DNA from: Flavobacteriales bacterium
GTDB lineage: Bacteria > Bacteroidota > Bacteroidia > Flavobacteriales_D > JAUILH01
Direction of reading: 5' to 3'
Length of the DNA stretch: 64,000 nt
Assembly: GCA_964230215.1 (NCBI GenBank)
Contig: CAXRGQ010000007.1
Location: 789,531 to 853,530 of the forward strand
Below, one piece after another: positions 62,259-64,000 of this stretch (position 1 is the stretch's first letter; each line of letters begins with the position of its first letter). The translations under genes were made by a program, and so were the position numbers. The notes beneath the pieces were generated by a model that did no database searches, was not told the DNA's origin, and saw only the letters and a list, made by a program, of their open reading frames with translations.

Positions 62259-64000
62259 TTAGCGAACTAAGGTTACATGTCCGCGCAATACATGCTGCTC
62301 ACGATTCACATCAAGAATGACCACTTTCCAAACATAGACATCCATCGGTGCCTCTTTACCATTGAAAGTGCCGTCCCATGACACGTTATCATCTTTAGTA
62401 TCCAGTATTTTATTTCCCCAACGGTCAAAAATCAGGAAGTTATACTCGATATATCCAAACCCTTTTCCAACAAAGAAATCATTAACACCATCATTGTTAG
62501 GCGTGAAAGCATTAGGCACGTAAAAGGCAAATTCCGGGCTAACGTGTACGTAATCTTCTGCCGTATCTGAGCATCCATAGGCATTATACACTATTTGTGT
62601 GATTGTAAACCATCCTGTATCGGAATACTCATGTATCGGATTAGTCAGATTACTATAGGTGTTATCACCGAATTCCCACTCCCAATCTATAGCATCTATG
62701 GATGCGTCCGTAAACTCAATTATTGGGTCAAATATGGAAACTTCCGACTGGTCCATACTAAATCCTGCTATTGGTTTAGGGAATACTGTAATTGGGTAAG
62801 TTAAAGTATCCGAATACACACAGCCTTCTAGCGTAGTTACACTCAGTGCAACGTAGTAATCTCCTTCATCTGTAAATACATGTGTTGGGTTTTGGGCAAA
62901 TGAAAACGTACCATCATCAAAATCCCACAACCAATTAATTATAGTCGCTCCACTAGAAGTTGTCGATAGATCTTCAAATTCTACCGTTAATGCTGGACAT
63001 CCCGCTGTGGTGAGCGGTGCAAAATCAAAGTCTACCACTGGATGTGTGAATATAGTTTGTGTAACGCTATCCATACATCCAAGGCTAGTAGTAACCACTA
63101 GCGTAACCGGGAAAGAGTCAGTACTAGTGTTAAATACGTGGTTTGGATGCTGAATATTCTGCGTACCACCATCATTGAAGTTCCAGTGCCAATCAACTAT
63201 AATATCGTTGGTCACCGTACTCTGGTCTGTGAAACTTATTGGCGAGCCTCCACACACCGTGTCATTAGTGAACGCAGCATTCGGTTGAGGATAAATTGTT
63301 ACATTTTGGCTGGCTATACTCTGACAGCCAATATCATCGCTAATTAATAAGGTCACGTTATAATTACCTGCCATAGCGTAAACATGACTTGGGTTTTGTG
63401 TATTATCATTCGGCGAACCATCACCAAATGTCCAATCCCATGTTACAATGTTTCCTGAACCGCTCGTTGATTGATCTATAAAATTAGTTGGCTGTCCTTC
63501 ACAAGGGGTGTTTGCAGCAAATTGAGCACTAGGTAATTCAAACACGTAGATGTCTTGAGTAGCAGTGCTGATGCACCCACCAGACGATTCAACCGACAAA
63601 GTAACTGTATAGATTCCTGCTGTTGAATATGTATGATTGGTGTTTTGAGAATTGTCTAATGGGCTTCCATCTCCAAAATCCCATGTCCATGCCACAATAT
63701 TCCCCTGAGTAATTGTACTGATATCTGTAAAGACAACATTACTGTTTACACAGGTGGTATCGTTAAATTGCATATCCGCATTTACGACATCACTCACAGT
63801 TACAACATGAAAAACTTGGTCTGTACAATTGGCTGTACCTCCGTCAACAATCAATGATACAAGATATGAGCCTGGTCCAGCGTAGGTATTTTGAACTACA
63901 GGGCCGTTGGTACTTGTGTTACCATCTCCAAAGTCCCATATCCATGAACTCGGTGCACCTGTTGATAAATCCGTAAATGTGGTGGGCGAGCCAACGCAAA
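62259..64000 (-). CDS. PKD-repeat protein with a T9SS type-B C-terminal domain (partial; the 5' end is beyond the window)
   Basis: The reading frame stays open upstream of the ORF-track start (a TTG at 63854) to the window edge (…WDFGDGNTSTNGPVVQNTYAGPGSYLVSLIVDGG). At least 6 PKD units. C-terminal FTPNNDGVNDFF...DRWGNKILD...WDGT. Confidence 0.85.
   Translation of the reverse strand, partial: CVGSPTTFTDLSTGAPSSWIWDFGDGNTSTNGPVVQNTYAGPGSYLVSLIVDGGTANCTDQVFHVVTVSDVVNADMQFNDTTCVNSNVVFTDISTITQGNIVAWTWDFGDGSPLDNSQNTNHTYSTAGIYTVTLSVESSGGCISTATQDIYVFELPSAQFAANTPCEGQPTNFIDQSTSGSGNIVTWDWTFGDGSPNDNTQNPSHVYAMAGNYNVTLLISDDIGCQSIASQNVTIYPQPNAAFTNDTVCGGSPISFTDQSTVTNDIIVDWHWNFNDGGTQNIQHPNHVFNTSTDSFPVTLVVTTSLGCMDSVTQTIFTHPVVDFDFAPLTTAGCPALTVEFEDLSTTSSGATIINWLWDFDDGTFSFAQNPTHVFTDEGDYYVALSVTTLEGCVYSDTLTYPITVFPKPIAGFSMDQSEVSIFDPIIEFTDASIDAIDWEWEFGDNTYSNLTNPIHEYSDTGWFTITQIVYNAYGCSDTAEDYVHVSPEFAFYVPNAFTPNNDGVNDFFVGKGFGYIEYNFLIFDRWGNKILDTKDDNVSWDGTFNGKEAPMDVYVWKVVILDVNREQHVLRGHVTLVR

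Overview
This AT-rich window appears to come from a Bacteroidota (Flavobacteriia-like) chromosome. The evidence is many T9SS C-terminal sorting domains, TAnnTTTG-type -7 promoter boxes, no obvious Shine-Dalgarno sequences, and SprB/PKD giant adhesins. All calls rest on reading the ORF translations and the DNA by eye; no database searches were run.

Content from left to right:
- Housekeeping genes: comF-like, a GAF/fRMsr-like gene, a lipoprotein, an ArnT-like glycosyltransferase, and an omega-amidase plus aminotransferase pair.
- A 5-kb tandem array of eleven paralogous small acidic lipoproteins, each with an invariant lipobox-Cys + CxC + C + C pattern. The array is interrupted only by a csp gene and a beta-barrel OMP gene.
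- GNAT, T9SS cargo, tRNA-Ala(GGC) and a pseudouridine synthase.
- A signal-peptide-bearing WD40-caspase gene translationally coupled to a possible beta-barrel gene.
- A DUF4139-like gene and further T9SS cargo.
- A 3625-aa SprB-repeat/PKD adhesin that contains a C9 homopolymer near its 5' end.
- An S9 peptidase.
- A small accessory block next to a tRNA(CAT), holding hipBA with a TGTAACTA operator array, hypothetical genes and a ~40-nt intergenic repeat.
- HAD, methylmalonyl-CoA epimerase, a peptide-type SBP and a SulP transporter.
- An unannotated 49-aa, 14-Cys metallothionein-like micro-ORF immediately upstream of a Cys-rich SigZ-like ECF sigma factor.
- NDH-2.
- A tightly overlapping six-gene operon: SDR, TIGR03643-like, three divergent cryptochrome/photolyase members, and an unannotated DUF2256-like micro-ORF.
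- A HIRAN-like pair, rlmN, and a partial PKD/T9SS protein that runs off the window.

I recognised no rRNA, CRISPR array, transposase or integrase. The strongest candidates for something undescribed are the CxC lipoprotein array and the metallothionein-like ORF/ECF sigma pair.
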